Source: a virus
DNA: 5,329 nt
Virus record (IMG/VR): IMGVR_UViG_3300045988_044527
Location: 1-5,329 of that record
Direction: 5' to 3' (one strand)
The notes below the pieces were generated by a model that was not told the DNA's origin, did not search any database, and worked only from the letters and a program-made list of their open reading frames with translations. Positions 5,231 through 5,329 of this stretch are shown here, in pieces. Numbering within the stretch: the first letter of the stretch is position 1; the number at the start of each line of letters is the position of its first letter. Both the position numbers and the translations under genes were made by a program.

Positions 5231-5329
5231 ATTTTTTTATGCGTCCTCGCTTGGTTCGCTACTACGGCCCTGATTACGATAATTTGAAACATGGTCGTGT
5301 CTATCAGGTTCATTGTCTTTACTCCCATG
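5231..5329. repeat. Second copy of the terminal overlap; contains a partial duplicate of the 52-aa ORF start (ATG at 5239)
   Basis: Identical to 1-99. The ATG at 5239 corresponds to the ATG at position 9. Confidence 0.95.

Noticed and set aside
1-5329. CRISPR arrays, tRNA or rRNA genes, and transposase or integrase genes
   Set aside because: I saw no repeat-spacer periodicity, no tRNA-like cloverleaf candidates, and no ORFs with recombinase features. The genome is fully accounted for by phage genes.

Overview
This window appears to be a complete circular ssDNA phage genome of the family Microviridae (Gokushovirinae-like), about 5,230 nt. It is written linearly with a 99-nt terminal overlap: positions 1-99 are identical to 5231-5329. 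All convincing genes lie on the + strand and are tightly packed, with overlapping or abutting start and stop codons and clear Shine-Dalgarno sites. In order the genes are: a 52-aa ORF of unknown function; the VP4 rolling-circle replication initiator, which starts at a GTG; a 35-aa highly basic J/VP8-like DNA-binding protein; a possible 41-aa ORF; an 84-aa ORF that may be VP5-like; a 159-aa VP3-like internal scaffolding protein; the 562-aa VP1 major capsid protein; an intrinsic terminator/attenuator hairpin; the VP2 DNA-pilot/minor capsid protein; and a strongly ribosome-binding-site-coupled 26-aa hydrophobic peptide. These are followed by an ~415-nt non-coding region that carries three perfect hairpins, one with a 17-bp stem, and an AT-rich segment. 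That segment holds two 14-bp palindromes and a near-consensus sigma70 promoter (TTGATA-17-TATTAT) that fires across the junction into the 52-aa ORF and Rep. No tRNA, CRISPR, integrase or minus-strand genes are supported. The gene order (VP3 upstream of VP1) is non-canonical for gokushoviruses. The small ORF upstream of Rep is in the same frame as Rep, separated from it only by a single TGA. The 26-aa membrane peptide and the hairpin cluster are the most interesting unexplained elements.
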